Source: an uncultured delta proteobacterium (GTDB taxonomy: Bacteria > Myxococcota > Myxococcia > Myxococcales > Anaeromyxobacteraceae). From it: 64,000 bases of DNA. Below are positions 62,891 through 64,000 of this stretch, piece by piece (the stretch's first letter is position 1; each line of letters begins with the position of its first letter). Made by a program: the position numbers and the translations under genes. The stretch lies in NCBI GenBank assembly GCA_963845515.1, contig CAWJSR010000045.1:32001-96000 (forward strand), read 5' to 3'. The notes beneath the pieces are model-generated. The model saw only the letters and a program-made list of their open reading frames with translations. It did no database searches and had not been told where the DNA came from.

Positions 62891-63922
62891 ATGCTCGCTC
62901 GCTGCGCCCGTTGCCAGGGCACCTTCCAGGCCGAACGCTTCGGTGTCCAGACGTGCCCGATCTGCGGCGGGGAGGTGCTCCTGTCCGATCCCAATGCTGC
63001 GCAGGGATCCGGTCCCGGCGCCTCGCCGCCGGAGGTCCCGGCGCCGCCACCTGCGCCGCCTGGCCCTCCCTCGTGGAGCGCGCCTCCGGGCGGCGAGCCA
63101 CCGCCGCCTCCGCCTCCACCTCCGCCCGCCGGGTTCGGTCCTCCCCCCGGCGGCTTCGGTCCGCCGCCTAGCGGGTTCGGCCCCCTCGCGTTAGGGCCCC
63201 CCGCGCCGGGCGGGCCGGAGCTGCCGGCCCCGTTCGCCGACCGGTCCAGGCTCGGCTTCTTCCGCGCGTTCTTCGAGACCTGGAAGAAGACGGCGATCGA
63301 GCCGAACGACTTCTTTCGCCGCGTTCGGATCGACCAGACCGGCTCGGCCATCCTCTTCGGCGTCATCGCCTCGACCCTGGGCGGATGGGCGCAGGCCTTC
63401 TGGGCTTCGCTGACCGCGGTCAGCACCCGTGCGCAGATGCAGGAGCTGGCCGGGAGGATCCCGCCGGAGTGGGCGGGGCTGGCGAAGGCCTTCGGCGAGT
63501 ACTCCCAGCACGCGACCAGCACGGCGACGCTCGTGGCCCAGGCGGTCTTCGCGCCGCTCGGCGCGGTCGTCGGGATCTTCGTGAGCGCGGCCATCATCCA
63601 CGGGCTCCTGCTGCTCGTCCGTGGCGCGACGCGCGGCTTCGACGCGACGCTCACGGTCGTCGGCTACGCCATGGGGATAAGCCTGCTGCAGCTCATCCCG
63701 GAGTGCGGCGCGCTGGTCGCCCCCTTCTGGATCGCCGTGGTGCTGATCATCGGCCTCTCCGAGGTGCACCGGTGTGGCGTGGGCAAGGGGGCGGCCGCCG
63801 TGCTCCTGCCCCTCGTCCTGCTCTGCGCTTGCCTCTGCGTCGTCGTCGCCATGGCCGTCGGCGCGGCGGGGATCGGCGCTGGGTTGGGGGCCGTCACCGG
63901 CACCGGGGCCGCGAGCTTCTAG
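62891..63922 (+). CDS. Yip1-family membrane protein with N-terminal zinc ribbon and Pro-rich linker
   Basis: CARC..CPIC; poly-Pro/GFGPPP linker; P.DFFR followed by about five TM helices. Confidence 0.8.
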   Translation: MLARCARCQGTFQAERFGVQTCPICGGEVLLSDPNAAQGSGPGASPPEVPAPPPAPPGPPSWSAPPGGEPPPPPPPPPPAGFGPPPGGFGPPPSGFGPLALGPPAPGGPELPAPFADRSRLGFFRAFFETWKKTAIEPNDFFRRVRIDQTGSAILFGVIASTLGGWAQAFWASLTAVSTRAQMQELAGRIPPEWAGLAKAFGEYSQHATSTATLVAQAVFAPLGAVVGIFVSAAIIHGLLLLVRGATRGFDATLTVVGYAMGISLLQLIPECGALVAPFWIAVVLIIGLSEVHRCGVGKGAAAVLLPLVLLCACLCVVVAMAVGAAGIGAGLGAVTGTGAASF

Positions 63923-64000
63923 TGGACCTGCCGGGGCCCAGAGCGTGATCGCGTGGCGCAGGGTGGCACGGTTCGGCGTGCCGGAGGTCTTCGCCCTCAT

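Noticed and set aside
63131..63184. Three GFGPPP-coding repeats
   Set aside because: Ordinary low-complexity linker with synonymous divergence
63923..64000. Possible gene end at the right edge
   Set aside because: Too short to assign a frame or product

Overview
Very GC-rich chromosomal window, probably from an Anaeromyxobacter-like member of Myxococcota (inferred from gene content: DUF4388 and PilZ response regulators, PEGA proteins, split nuo genes). The backbone carries an ECF sigma/zinc anti-sigma operon divergent from a DUF4175-like/peptidase/MoxR/DUF58/BatA operon, nagZ, a liv-type ABC transporter, glnB-ntrB-ntrC-glnA, several two-component genes, an LTA-synthase-family gene, a cardiolipin synthase, an HD-GYP protein, mpg, an RlmN-like enzyme, pit/DUF47, an SF1 helicase, a YprB-like exonuclease, purF, HU and nuoEFJK. 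Five toxin-antitoxin-like modules are scattered through it: a RES toxin, RHH+PIN, an HTH+nucleotidyltransferase pair with a palindromic operator, AbiEi/AbiEii, and ParE+antitoxin. Non-coding signals include seven full and one partial copy of a BoxC/PIT-type intrastrand-triplex repeat (four of the full copies lie in or overlap reading frames), four sigma54 promoters, four 17-bp TGCC-N9-GGCA enhancer-like boxes, and many TANNNT -10 boxes 6-9 nt before start codons that suggest frequent leaderless mRNAs. About a dozen 1-2 nt frameshifts, including in purF and livG, are most likely long-read assembly errors. No rRNA, tRNA, CRISPR array, transposase or integrase was seen. All calls come from reading the sequence; no database searches were run.
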